The notes under the pieces are model-generated. The model saw only the letters and a list, made by a program, of their open reading frames with translations. It ran no database searches and was not told the DNA's origin. A stretch of 57,317 nucleotides of DNA from Candidatus Taylorbacteria bacterium RIFCSPHIGHO2_01_FULL_46_22b (lineage in GTDB: Bacteria > Patescibacteriota > Minisyncoccia > Phycocordibacterales > DSPV01): the NCBI GenBank assembly GCA_001820875.1, contig MHRF01000007.1:1-57317 (forward strand), given 5' to 3'. Below, piece after piece: positions 47,708 to 57,194 of this stretch (position 1 is its first letter; each line of letters starts with the position of its first letter). The translations under genes and the position numbers were made by a program.

Positions 47708-49079
47708 AAAGCCCACAATAACTTTTTTAGGAGGTGTGGGAAGTGCAACGGGCGCAAATTTCCTTCTGAAGTTTCCGGAAAGTCCACGGCCACTTTCCAT
47801 CCTAGTCGATTGCGGGATGTTTCAAGGAGATCGATATGCAACCGAAGAGAATCAGAAACCGTTCGCCTTTGATCCTGCAGCGATAGACTTTCTATTTATC
47901 ACTCACGCACACGCCGATCATATCGGCCGAGTTCCCAAATTGATTAAAGATGGTTTTAGAGGGCCTATATACTCTACGCCGGAGACAAAGATAATTTCTG
48001 AAATTATGTTTGATGACATGGCTACCATTCTCGAGCGGGAGGCGGCTGATAGGGGAGTGACGCCGCTTTATAGTAGGTCAGAAACAGCACAAGCATTGAG
48101 ACAATGGGACGTGATTCCCTACCACAACTCATTTTCACTACCGAATGGGGTTACGGTCACTCCGAAAGATGCAGGGCATATACTCGGGTCTGCGTATTTT
48201 GAGTTCGCACGAAACGGCCAGAAACTTGTTTTTTCCGGCGATCTTGGTAATACTCCTTCGCCTTTGGTTAAGGACACTGAACCGCTTGTAGGCGCGAAAT
48301 ATCTTTTGGTAGAGAGTGTATATGGAGATCGCAATCATGAAGATCGGGAACATCGTGTGGAGAAATTGCGCAACGTGGTGCTCGACTCGATTAAACGAAA
48401 TGGTGTGTTGATTATCCCTGCTTTTTCGCTTGAACGCAGTCAAGTAATTCTCTATGAACTCAATAATTTGGTAGAGGAGGGGAAAATCCCGTCAATTCCG
48501 GTATTTCTTGATTCGCCACTTGCTATAAAATTGACTGCGGTATACAAACGGCTCAAACATGATTTTAAACCTTCAGTACAGCAGGAAATCGCTTCAGGAG
48601 ACGACATATTCAAATTTCCTCGTTTGCAATTTACGCAGACCTCGCAGCAATCTCATCATATTGATTTTGTGCAGAATCCGAAAATCATTATCGCTGGCGG
48701 CGGTATGTCTACAGGCGGGCGAGTAATCGGACATGAAAAAAATTATTTGCCGGACGCTCGCAATACAATTTTACTTGTTGGGTATCAAGCGGTAGGCACA
48801 CTTGGACGTGCGCTCTTTGAAGGATCAAAGACCGTTTCAATTAATGGTGAGGAGGTACCGGTGCGTGCGCACATCGATATGATTAATGGGTATTCATCCC
48901 ACAAAGACTCCGATCACTTAGTCGAATTTATTGCGGGATCTCGAGAAACTTTAAAGCAAGTCTTTACCGTAATGGGCGAACCGAAATCATCTTTATTTCT
49001 GGCGCAACGTATTCGTGACGAGCTTGAAATAGAAGCAATTTATCCGGAACAGGGTAGCACATATACACTGGATTTTTAA
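47700..49079 (+). CDS. Metallo-beta-lactamase beta-CASP RNA-processing nuclease
   Basis: VDCGMFQG, THAHADHIG, AGHILGS, FSGDLG, ESVYG, GYQAVGTLGR, YSSHKD. Confidence 0.93.
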   Translation: MNEKPTITFLGGVGSATGANFLLKFPESPRPLSILVDCGMFQGDRYATEENQKPFAFDPAAIDFLFITHAHADHIGRVPKLIKDGFRGPIYSTPETKIISEIMFDDMATILEREAADRGVTPLYSRSETAQALRQWDVIPYHNSFSLPNGVTVTPKDAGHILGSAYFEFARNGQKLVFSGDLGNTPSPLVKDTEPLVGAKYLLVESVYGDRNHEDREHRVEKLRNVVLDSIKRNGVLIIPAFSLERSQVILYELNNLVEEGKIPSIPVFLDSPLAIKLTAVYKRLKHDFKPSVQQEIASGDDIFKFPRLQFTQTSQQSHHIDFVQNPKIIIAGGGMSTGGRVIGHEKNYLPDARNTILLVGYQAVGTLGRALFEGSKTVSINGEEVPVRAHIDMINGYSSHKDSDHLVEFIAGSRETLKQVFTVMGEPKSSLFLAQRIRDELEIEAIYPEQGSTYTLDF

Positions 49080-49219
49080 TTTGACAGTGCAGGATTTCTC
49101 CATTAATGTTGCGCAGGATTGCCAACAGTGGTTGGTATGTCCTTTCCCAAACAAAAACCGGATAGGCCTTAGGTTCGCGAAAGCGGATAAGAGGTAATCC
49201 ACTGCACAGAGGAAATGCA

Positions 49220-49939
49220 ATGAGTACTACAACAGAGATGGAGTTCCTAAAGGGCGGAGGCAAAACCTTTGAGTTTGTCCGCATAATCGCAAACCTTGTC
49301 CTTGCGCGTGGCGGGACAGAGGAGCACATGCTTAAGATATTGAGGCCCCACGGGCTCGTTTTGGCCAGTGAGGTGGCCGACCTTTTGGTGGGTCGCTCGG
49401 TTTCGGTAGGGCGACCGCTCAAGGATATTGTGCTGGACAATGCGGTGCCAAAAAAATCTCGAGCGGATGCGCTTATGACGATATGTGACCCCAGTCTCGC
49501 CCTTCGAATACTCAAAGATTCAGACGAAAGCGAGTCAGTGCTTACACGCCAAGCAGTTTTCTCGATTGTTGGCATGGGTGATTTAGCCAGACGAGATGAA
49601 TTGTTGCGGGAGGTAGCATTGCTTCCTCGTCGTCACGATGCGAAATTCGCACTGTCTTTCATGAGGAAACAGGAGCACATACTTGAAGTTGTGCTTAAGG
49701 CTGTTTATCAAGAGACATGTCTTGCTGCAGTTAAGAAATTGGATGAAGAGCGTCTCACGCTTGCAGCGAGATGTACAGAGTCAGAAGTCCGGTTTCTTGT
49801 CGCAACCCTTGCACGCGACCCAGATACCCTCCGTTTTTTGGCCGAGGAAGACGAGGTTAACACTCCAGCGATTCGTGCTCAAGCACGAGAACGGATGGAA
49901 ACTTTTGGCCTCATTGTTAGGCACCGTTTGAAGGTTTGA
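49220..49939 (+). CDS. Hypothetical helical-repeat protein
   Basis: TTGACA promoter at 49081, GAGG RBS, terminator GCGCCCCGC/GCGGGGCGC. Confidence 0.7.
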   Translation: MSTTTEMEFLKGGGKTFEFVRIIANLVLARGGTEEHMLKILRPHGLVLASEVADLLVGRSVSVGRPLKDIVLDNAVPKKSRADALMTICDPSLALRILKDSDESESVLTRQAVFSIVGMGDLARRDELLREVALLPRRHDAKFALSFMRKQEHILEVVLKAVYQETCLAAVKKLDEERLTLAARCTESEVRFLVATLARDPDTLRFLAEEDEVNTPAIRAQARERMETFGLIVRHRLKV

Positions 49940-49985
49940 GTTACAACGAAAGCGCCCCGCATCCTGCGGGGCGCCCTCTTTTTAT

Positions 49986-50330
49986 TTACTTGACTGAAGC
50001 GACAATGCGCTTGAATGATTCAGGCTTATTTTCGGCAAGCGTTGCGAGAATTTTCCGGTCCACCAAGATGCCTTTTTTCTTAAGTGCTCCTATAAAGGTG
50101 TTGTAAGAAAAATTAGAGGAGGCGAGTGCCGCATTGATGCGGACATTCCACAGGCGGCGATACGAACCTTTCTTGTCGCGTCGGTGTGCAAATGCCGAGC
50201 TTCCCGCATGAACAATGGCTTCATACGCCTGTCGCTCTTTTTTTGAACGTCCATGGCGATAGCCTTTCACTCGTCGCAAAACATTGCGGCGGGTTTTTAA
50301 TGCATTTACTCCTTTTTTTACTCTAGTCAT
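49986..50330 (-). CDS. rplT: 50S ribosomal protein bL20
   Basis: MTRVKKG, RRLWNVRINAA, DRKILA. Confidence 0.98.
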   Translation of the reverse strand: MTRVKKGVNALKTRRNVLRRVKGYRHGRSKKERQAYEAIVHAGSSAFAHRRDKKGSYRRLWNVRINAALASSNFSYNTFIGALKKKGILVDRKILATLAENKPESFKRIVASVK

Positions 50331-50363
50331 GAAAAATAATTACCGATTGATTGTGTAACTTTA

Positions 50364-50546
50364 TTAAGTGGTGATGAAGCGACTTGATGATTTCTGTGTG
50401 ATGACGAAACTTGTCATGCGTTTCTTGGCAAGCTGGTGTCGGCGTCCTTCTTTTGCATTGAAATGGTTATGACCTTTCGCGCGCATTTTTATTTTGCCGT
50501 TTTTGGTCACGCGCAAGCGTTTCATAAATGTTTTGTTTGTTTTCAT
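50364..50546 (-). CDS. rpmI: 50S ribosomal protein bL35
   Basis: MKTNK..KRLRVTKNGKI..HNH; synteny. Confidence 0.95.
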   Translation of the reverse strand: MKTNKTFMKRLRVTKNGKIKMRAKGHNHFNAKEGRRHQLAKKRMTSFVITQKSSSRFITT

Positions 50547-50627
50547 CGCTGTTGTATTACGTGTTTCTACTGTCTTTCTTGTCTAAATTCATTATTCTTC
50601 ATTCTATATTCCATCTTCCTATTCAAT

Positions 50628-51149
50628 TTACACTTTCTCTATAACCAAACTCAACCCCTTCGGGCTCTTTTGAGCGGGTTCCGCAATCTTGTGGCTCTCG
50701 GGAATAAGCTTGAGGATTCGTTCCAAACGTTCTTTGAGGAACTTCTGGTCCATATATTTTGCTCGTCCTCGCAAGAACAAATCAACTTTGATTCGATGTC
50801 CTTCCTTGAGCCACTCTCCCGCTTTCTTTGCTTTAAGAGTCAAATCGTGCTCTCCGGTGCCGATAGTCAGCTGGATGGCCTTGGTTTCTACGTTGTGAAT
50901 CTTGGATTTTGCCTCCTTTTGCTTTTTGTTTTCCGAATACTGGAATTTACCATAATCCATGATTTTTGCAACCGGTGGGTCTGCAAAAGGGGAAATTTCA
51001 ATCAAATCAAGCTCTGCAGCCTGTGCGCGGAGAAGTGCTTCGGCAAGGGTAAGTACCCCAAAATTTTCTCCTTCTTCACCTACCACCCGTAGAGAGGGTG
51101 CGGTGATCGCTTTATTGATTCTATTTTTCGGCTGCACTCGGTGTGTGAT
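50628..51149 (-). CDS. infC: Translation initiation factor IF-3 (start ATC 51149 or GTG 51137)
   Basis: RINKAI, LDLIEI, PPVAKIMDYGKFQY, IGTGEHDL. Confidence 0.95.
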   Translation of the reverse strand: MTHRVQPKNRINKAITAPSLRVVGEEGENFGVLTLAEALLRAQAAELDLIEISPFADPPVAKIMDYGKFQYSENKKQKEAKSKIHNVETKAIQLTIGTGEHDLTLKAKKAGEWLKEGHRIKVDLFLRGRAKYMDQKFLKERLERILKLIPESHKIAEPAQKSPKGLSLVIEKV

Positions 51150-51209
51150 TAAGAAGGGTTTTAGACATCCTTTATATCATATATTCGTGATAATACAAGG
51201 GCTTTTAGG

Positions 51210-51555
51210 ACAAAAAGAAATGGCCCACAGTGCGCGTGGCGAGACAACGCACTGTGGGCCTACCATTTGCTCTTGGGCCCTGTGGGGTTGAGGTCGGCTC
51301 AACCCTAAAGGAAGTCGACCACAAGGCCGCGCACACAATTGAAGAGGAGCGAAAAACCTCTCCTTCTTTGTACGCGTACTACGCTCGGGCCTACATACGG
51401 GTTGGGATCCCTCTTCCACTCGGAAGCAGTTGTCGGTCCCAACGTTCGGAGGCAATCTCAAGCCCCGTACCGTTTTTCTGGCGTCTCTGATTTCTCGGAG
51501 AATTTATCCAAGAGCGCAGACCCCGCCAGCGGGTTCGAGAAATACATTGAAAGCC
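51210..51555 (-). ncRNA. Unidentified structured RNA candidate (~340 nt)
   Basis: TTGACA-N17-GAATAT upstream, long-range GCUCUUGG/CCAAGAGC helix, several internal hairpins, 13-bp terminator, no credible ORF. Confidence 0.55.
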
Positions 51556-51593
51556 GCCCCCATATTCCCTTTTAGGCACTACTCTGTCAAGTT

Positions 51594-52202
51594 TTAGGCG
51601 ATACGAGGACGCAAGAGACCAAAGCAAATTAAAGTGACACCTGTTCCCAAGAGGAGCCCTCCTAGTATGTCTATGAACGAATGTGCGCCAAGTAGGAGTC
51701 TGCTGGTACCAACAAGGAGAGGTACGAGAATACAGATACTTGTGAAAATAATTTTTCGGGAGCCAGAGTATTTTGACAATGAGATCAGTAGGATTAATAC
51801 ACACAGGGAGGTTGCTGTTGCCGTGTGGCCACTCGGGTAAGAGAATCCAACGGTTTCAACCAAGAGAGATAATGGGCGGGGGATGTGAAAAAGAATTTTG
51901 AGGATGGGTATGGAAATTCCTACGATACCTATCGACAATATCCATGTCGCCAGATTGCGCCATTGCATGGTAAGCGCGAGTGCGATAATCGCCCAAAGCG
52001 AGATAATAATAGCCAACCATCCGCTCCCAAGTTGAGTGAAAACAATCGCCAATATTAAGAGTACTTGGCTAGAGGTTACAGAGAGAGACAGGTCGGTGGG
52101 GATAGGAGTCTTCAGTTCACCCAAAAGTACCCCTATGACGATCACGGCAAGTAGGGACAGTATTCCAGCAAGAATGGTTAGAGATGAAGTGCGACTTGGC
52201 AT
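51594..52202 (-). CDS. PAP2-family membrane phosphatase
   Basis: KILFHIPRP, SYPSGH, SRLLLGAHSFIDILGG; TATAAT 6 nt before ATG 52202. Confidence 0.92.
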   Translation of the reverse strand: MPSRTSSLTILAGILSLLAVIVIGVLLGELKTPIPTDLSLSVTSSQVLLILAIVFTQLGSGWLAIIISLWAIIALALTMQWRNLATWILSIGIVGISIPILKILFHIPRPLSLLVETVGFSYPSGHTATATSLCVLILLISLSKYSGSRKIIFTSICILVPLLVGTSRLLLGAHSFIDILGGLLLGTGVTLICFGLLRPRIA

Positions 52203-52209
52203 GAGTGTA

Positions 52210-52437
52210 TTATAGCGCCAAAAGGAAAGGGCTGCTCTGCGACTTTGTCGCAGAGCAGCCCGCTCTTCTTTTGCGTTTTCTCCTTCTCTTTTTTCTGCCA
52301 GACTTTTTCCCGTGATGGCTTTGGAAATCAGTGTCCTCCTCATCATGGCAGCTGCAACTACAGCGTTCACCGGCTCCATCGTTGGTTTTGTTGCAGAGAT
52401 AATGCTGCCCATTTTCGCACGCAGAAAATTTAGGCAT
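52210..52437 (-). CDS. Small Cys/His-rich protein with poly-basic tail
   Basis: AGGAGG RBS, upstream TGGACA..TAGAAT, C-x4-H-x2-C...CSCSCH. Confidence 0.6.
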   Translation of the reverse strand: MPKFSACENGQHYLCNKTNDGAGERCSCSCHDEEDTDFQSHHGKKSGRKKRRRKRKRRAGCSATKSQSSPFLLAL

Positions 52438-52579
52438 TACGATTTCCTCCTTTCTGGGGTTCGCCCAACTGCATTCTAACTACTGGCTTCTTTTTGTCCA
52501 CTTAGAAAAAAATCAAGCTTTTCTTTATAGAAAATGAAACCGCGCCCCGCCAAAGACGGGGCGCGCGCGATGAGGAGAG

Positions 52580-52804
52580 TTACACAGCAAGCCCGTGCTC
52601 CCTACTTCTTCGTTCCACCTCTCCGCAGTCGATGAGGTGTTGGACACAGAAGTTTCGCCCTTCTCTTGATTGTTCGGGGTTGGGATCAATCTTGAACTGT
52701 TCTCCCGTACCCCAGACATTGAGGGCGTCAAACGCCTGTGCGACGAGACGTGCATTGTGTGTCAGCAATCCAACTTTTGGTTTCGGTTGATCGGTGGTAT
52801 TCAT
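52580..52804 (-). CDS. Small hypothetical protein
   Basis: TAAAAT upstream, GC hairpin plus T-rich tract downstream. Confidence 0.55.
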   Translation of the reverse strand: MNTTDQPKPKVGLLTHNARLVAQAFDALNVWGTGEQFKIDPNPEQSREGRNFCVQHLIDCGEVERRSREHGLAV

Positions 52805-52929
52805 GATCGGTAGGGGGTTGCACCTAACGTCGATTTTATACCTCCGCTTTACAAGCGCAAGTAACGGAAGTGCATAAGTTTTCTAGCGAATCTACCGAAA
52901 CTATTTCTGATATATAGTATGATGTAGAT

Positions 52930-53358
52930 ATGTTGTACCAAGATTTTCTCAAAGAAATGAAAGTGTGCCCGTTCTGTGCGGGCAAAGATCGTATTATTGC
53001 TGAGACAGATCGTGCGTTTTTGACCTATGCACTCGCACCGTATTACCAACATCATTTATTGGTAATCCCCAAACGCCACGTGCATTCAAGAGATGAACTT
53101 ACCGCAGAGGAGAAAGCTGATATTGACGCGCTTCAGTTGCAAGGTCTTAAGGCACTCAAAAATCTTGGACACGAAAACGTCACTTTTTTAGAACGCGATG
53201 GGAATACAAAGAATAAATCAGTTGAACATATGCACTTTCACCTTATCCCCGAGATTTTGATTGGAGATCTAGATCATGTCGGAGAGCCGCGGAAAGTGTT
53301 AACTCAAATTCAAATAGATGAGACTGTTGCCGAGGTATCAAGAGCGCTAGGGAAGTAA
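52930..53358 (+). CDS. HIT family protein
   Basis: CPFC, HLLVIPKRH, HMHFH triad. Confidence 0.9.
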   Translation: MLYQDFLKEMKVCPFCAGKDRIIAETDRAFLTYALAPYYQHHLLVIPKRHVHSRDELTAEEKADIDALQLQGLKALKNLGHENVTFLERDGNTKNKSVEHMHFHLIPEILIGDLDHVGEPRKVLTQIQIDETVAEVSRALGK

Positions 53359-53578
53359 GAAGTCGTTACCACCACCATCAGATTTTTCTTAGAAAGGGTT
53401 TTTCGGGCTGTGTAAAGTGTCTCCAAAGAACTCGGTAATTTGTTACAACAGAGATTTCACTATAAATACAACGAGAGCAATAACGAGGAGCGTGTGAATT
53501 AAGTTTCCTCCTACTTTGAAGCTAAATCCCAAAACCCAGAGGATGAGCAAAACAATAATAATTGTATAAAACATGTTT

Positions 53579-54118
53579 TTAGTAAGTGAATTTGTAGAGG
53601 AGTTTAAGCTTTTCAAGTCCTCGATGTGCCTGTACTGCTATCGTGTTGCGGGATTTTCCCGTAATCAGAGACATTTCCTTTAAGGAGAGATCCTGCACAT
53701 AGCGCATGCGCATTACTTTCTGGTATGCGAGCGGGAGTCTTGCAATCAAAAGGAATGCTGCCTTCCCGTCCAATACGTTTAACAGGGTCTCTGATTCGTC
53801 CGGCGCATGTGGATCAAACCCTTCTTCAAGAAGTGAATCAAGTGACGTAGTCTTTCGTTTTCTGTATTCATCCACAATGAGGTGGTTGAGTATGTGAAAG
53901 AGAAAAGCTCTCATCATCTCGATCTTTCCGCCTCTCACCAGATATTTCCACGTTTTCATAAAAGTTTCTTGCACCAAGTCTTGCCCGCGTTCGTGATCAC
54001 GCATTTTGAAAAACGCATGTGCATTAAGCCCTCGCTCAAAATTGTAGTGAGCGAGAGTCAATTGAGATTTTCTCTCGGTATCTTGTGCGTAAGTCATCAT
54101 ATATTGAGCCGTTCCCAT
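53579..54118 (-). CDS. ECF (sigma-70 group 4) sigma factor, copy 1
   Basis: QDLVQETFMKTW, AFLFHILNHLIVDEYRK, LSLKEMS..HRGLEKLK. Confidence 0.92.
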   Translation of the reverse strand: MGTAQYMMTYAQDTERKSQLTLAHYNFERGLNAHAFFKMRDHERGQDLVQETFMKTWKYLVRGGKIEMMRAFLFHILNHLIVDEYRKRKTTSLDSLLEEGFDPHAPDESETLLNVLDGKAAFLLIARLPLAYQKVMRMRYVQDLSLKEMSLITGKSRNTIAVQAHRGLEKLKLLYKFTY

Positions 54119-54324
54119 TCGAGTTTTATTACAGGGGTATTACAGAGAGGTGTCCCTCATAGGAAAATAGCCTTATCCTTACACCTTTAATACATGCCGT
54201 ACCCGTTTCTTCATTGCACTGGTATTACAGTTGGATTGCCAAGGAATGAGTTGTTTTCGTACTATCATATGACACTCCCGAATCTCTTTTGTGAGCTGTA
54301 ACAATCTAGGCTATTTAACGGCTT

Positions 54325-54915
54325 ATGGGTATGGAAAAAACCAATGTAGGCGAGGGGGGAGTTATCAAACCGATGGGGTCTGATTTTGTGAAGCGTGTGT
54401 GGGAAGAAAGCTGGACGTATATAAAGACAGTCGTAGATATCGTACGCGAACCAGTTTTGATTCTCGACAAAGATTTTCGAGTAATGGCGGCCAATGAGTC
54501 TTTCTATAGGACATTTCAGGTTGAACAGAAGGATACCGAGAAGCAGATTGTGTATAAACTTGGAAATGGGCAGTGGGACATTCCAGCGCTTCGAAAACTA
54601 CTTGAAAATATCCTGCCTAAAAATACCTTTTTCAAGGGGTTTGAGGTAACGCATGAATTTCCAGTCATCGGGCGCAAGGTTATGATTTTAAATGCACGTC
54701 AAATCCATCATTTTAAAGAAGGCGCATCCTCGGAGCATTTCCCCCCCATTATTTTGCTTGCTATGGAAGATGTGACGGACATGATGGTGGTTGCCGAGAC
54801 ATTGGCGAGTCATGCAAAACAGATTGAAAAGAGACTAACCGAACAAACAAAGAAGCTCGAGCTTCATATTGGAAAACTTGAGAAGGAGATTACTGAATTG
54901 AAGCAAAAAGCGTAA
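54325..54915 (+). CDS. Stand-alone PAS domain protein with C-terminal coiled coil
   Basis: VREPVLILDKDFRVMAANESFYRTF..GQWDIPALR..LNARQI..MEDVT. Confidence 0.85.
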   Translation: MGMEKTNVGEGGVIKPMGSDFVKRVWEESWTYIKTVVDIVREPVLILDKDFRVMAANESFYRTFQVEQKDTEKQIVYKLGNGQWDIPALRKLLENILPKNTFFKGFEVTHEFPVIGRKVMILNARQIHHFKEGASSEHFPPIILLAMEDVTDMMVVAETLASHAKQIEKRLTEQTKKLELHIGKLEKEITELKQKA

Positions 54916-55028
54916 TTTTGATCGATTGTAATGCTTAGAACCTTCAGACGGCTTCACAGGTGACAGTATACATACGGGGGTCGACTATATAAGTCTCTAG
55001 TTACTCAATACATTAAACAAAATATATT

Positions 55029-55700
55029 ATGAATAAAACAGCATATTTCTCGGTATCAGTACGTCAATTTCTTTTTGGCGTAGGAATCATCGCAGCGGCA
55101 CTGTTGGTTATGGGCGTGCCATCTTCTGCACAAGCTGCAACACTTAATCGTCAGTTAGAAATCGGAATGAGCGGATCCGATGTGACTGCGCTCCAAACCT
55201 TCCTTGCGCAGGACAATACAATCTATCCTCAAGGTTTGGTGACCGGATACTTCGGTCCCCTTACTCAATCAGCAGTCTCCAACTTCCAGAGCCGAAATGG
55301 CATAGATACTGTCGGCCGTGTTGGACCCATCACGCTTGCCGCTCTCAACATCCAGATGGATAACGGCAGTGTAGGTTTCGACAAGAGCGCACCCATGATA
55401 GGTCCCTTGAATGTGAACTTCACGAATACGACTGTTGCAATTAATTGGACTACGAATGAAAATGCATCTGCGATTCTCTACTACAGCACGTCTCCGCTTT
55501 CTATGAGTGAGGCAGGACCGAATACGGGAGTTACGATTTCCGGTTCAAGTCTACTCGTTCATACCGATCTTCGCTCATCACACTCTGCTAGCCTGACTGG
55601 ATTACAACCAAACACGACGTATTTCTACGTGGTGTATGTCAGAGATGGCGCAGGTAATGAAAGTATCACGTGGCCGTCAACTTTCCGAACTAATCAGTAG
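55029..55700 (+). CDS. Secreted peptidoglycan-binding protein with Fn3-like domain
   Basis: Signal peptide AQA; GMSGSDVTALQTFL..TGYFGPLT..FQ..GRVGPIT; LTGLQPNTTYFY. Confidence 0.88.
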   Translation: MNKTAYFSVSVRQFLFGVGIIAAALLVMGVPSSAQAATLNRQLEIGMSGSDVTALQTFLAQDNTIYPQGLVTGYFGPLTQSAVSNFQSRNGIDTVGRVGPITLAALNIQMDNGSVGFDKSAPMIGPLNVNFTNTTVAINWTTNENASAILYYSTSPLSMSEAGPNTGVTISGSSLLVHTDLRSSHSASLTGLQPNTTYFYVVYVRDGAGNESITWPSTFRTNQ

Positions 55701-55721
55701 ATGAGGATGCTCGAAAGAGCC

Positions 55722-55760
55722 GGAAAAAATCACCCTGCCAGACGGCAGGGTGATTTTTGG
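55722..55760. terminator. Bidirectional terminator
   Basis: AAAAATCACCCTGCC-AGAC-GGCAGGGTGATTTTT. Confidence 0.8.
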
Positions 55761-55797
55761 TGCTCAAGATGTAAACAGGGGACGAGTCAAACAATGA

Positions 55798-56334
55798 TCA
55801 CTGGGGTGTGGATGTGGTAAATTGCGTACGAGTGTATAAGAGTTTCAATTTCTCAAGCCCCCGATGCAACTGTACGGCAATAGAATTTTTTGACTGTCCG
55901 GTGATGAGAGACATCTCTTGGAGCGAGAGGCCTTGCACATATCTCATATGAGTCACTTTTTTATAGTTGGGAGGCAAAAGCTCAATTAACAAAAATGCTG
56001 CTTGCCCATCCAACACATTAAAGAGACGTTCAGAATTATCAACCCATGGTTCGAAACCTTCTTCGAGGAGTACCTCCAGAGAGGATACCTTTCGTTTCCG
56101 ATACTCATCAATGATCAAATGATTAAGCACATGAAACAGGAATGCTTTCATGGTGTCTATCCTTCCTCCTCTGACTAGGTAATGCCACGTCTTTATAAAA
56201 GTATCTTGTACTAAGTCTTGGCTGGTTAATTGATCACGCACCTTGAAAAATGCGTGAGCACCAAGCTCTCTTCTGTAATCGTTATATGCTGCGGTGAGTA
56301 TTAAGTTTGATTCGAGTACTTGGTAAGGTGGCAT
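55798..56334 (-). CDS. ECF sigma factor, copy 2
   Basis: QDLVQDTFIKTW, AFLFHVLNHLIIDEYRK, LSLQEMS..HRGLEKLK. Confidence 0.92.
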   Translation of the reverse strand: MPPYQVLESNLILTAAYNDYRRELGAHAFFKVRDQLTSQDLVQDTFIKTWHYLVRGGRIDTMKAFLFHVLNHLIIDEYRKRKVSSLEVLLEEGFEPWVDNSERLFNVLDGQAAFLLIELLPPNYKKVTHMRYVQGLSLQEMSLITGQSKNSIAVQLHRGLEKLKLLYTRTQFTTSTPQ

Positions 56335-56504
56335 ACAATTTTAATGTAAATTTAATATGAGATATTGATAATATTGTGATATATAGCTAATGTCAATCCT
56401 GTATAAGTGTTTAGTGAGTGAATAAGGTGTGTGTAACGTTAATATAACCTTAATAACAAGACTATTGTGAATTTTAATAATAGGTGCTATAAGTAAGTAA
56501 CCAT

Positions 56505-57194
56505 ATGCCTATCTTAGTTGTTGAAGACGAAAAGAAATTATCTGACATATTAAAGCGTGCCCTAAAGGGTGAGCGCTATTCAATTGATCTGGCGTTTAAC
56601 GGGGAGGAGGGTTTAGAGAAGGCCAAGCGCAATAATTATTCCTTGATTCTTTTGGATATACGACTTCCCCAAAAAGACGGTTTTACGGTTTGTAGGGAAT
56701 TGAGGCAACGACAAATTCACACCCCCATCATCATGCTTACCGCGATGGGAGAAGTTACCGACCGTATATTGGGGTTGGATGCTGGTGCTGATGACTATTT
56801 AATCAAGCCATTTAGCCTCGATGAATTGTTTGCGAGAATTAGAGCCGTGATGAGACGAAGGAGGAGCACGGAATCAGATATCATAAAAGTTTCTGATCTG
56901 GTTATGGACAGAAAGAGGCATGAGGTCACGCGTGCTGGTAAACTAATCCCGCTTACTCCTAAGGAATATAAACTTCTTGATACGCTACTTTCTCACCATG
57001 GAGAGGCGCTCACGAGAGAAAAACTTCTTAACTACGCATGGGGACCTGAATTTGTAGAGAAGGGAAACGAATTAAATGTGCATATTAAATATCTGCGTAC
57101 AAAAATAGATATCGGAAGTAAAAATCCACTGGTACACACCATACGGGGTGTCGGGTTTGTCCTAAAAGAATCGTGGCTCATTAACAGCGTGTAA
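56505..57194 (+). CDS. OmpR/PhoB-family response regulator
   Basis: ILVVEDE, LLDIRLP, GADDYLIKPF, LTPKEY, HTIRGVGF. Confidence 0.95.
   Translation: MPILVVEDEKKLSDILKRALKGERYSIDLAFNGEEGLEKAKRNNYSLILLDIRLPQKDGFTVCRELRQRQIHTPIIMLTAMGEVTDRILGLDAGADDYLIKPFSLDELFARIRAVMRRRRSTESDIIKVSDLVMDRKRHEVTRAGKLIPLTPKEYKLLDTLLSHHGEALTREKLLNYAWGPEFVEKGNELNVHIKYLRTKIDIGSKNPLVHTIRGVGFVLKESWLINSV

Noticed and set aside
51210-51560. RNase P RNA, tmRNA or SRP RNA
   Set aside because: No GAGGAAAGUCC/P4 partner, no tRNA-like CCA end or tag frame, no SRP helix-8 loop
51594-52412. 272-aa extended PAP2 ORF
   Set aside because: Extension crosses a terminator and overlaps an SD-led ORF in another frame; ATG 52202 has its own -10 box
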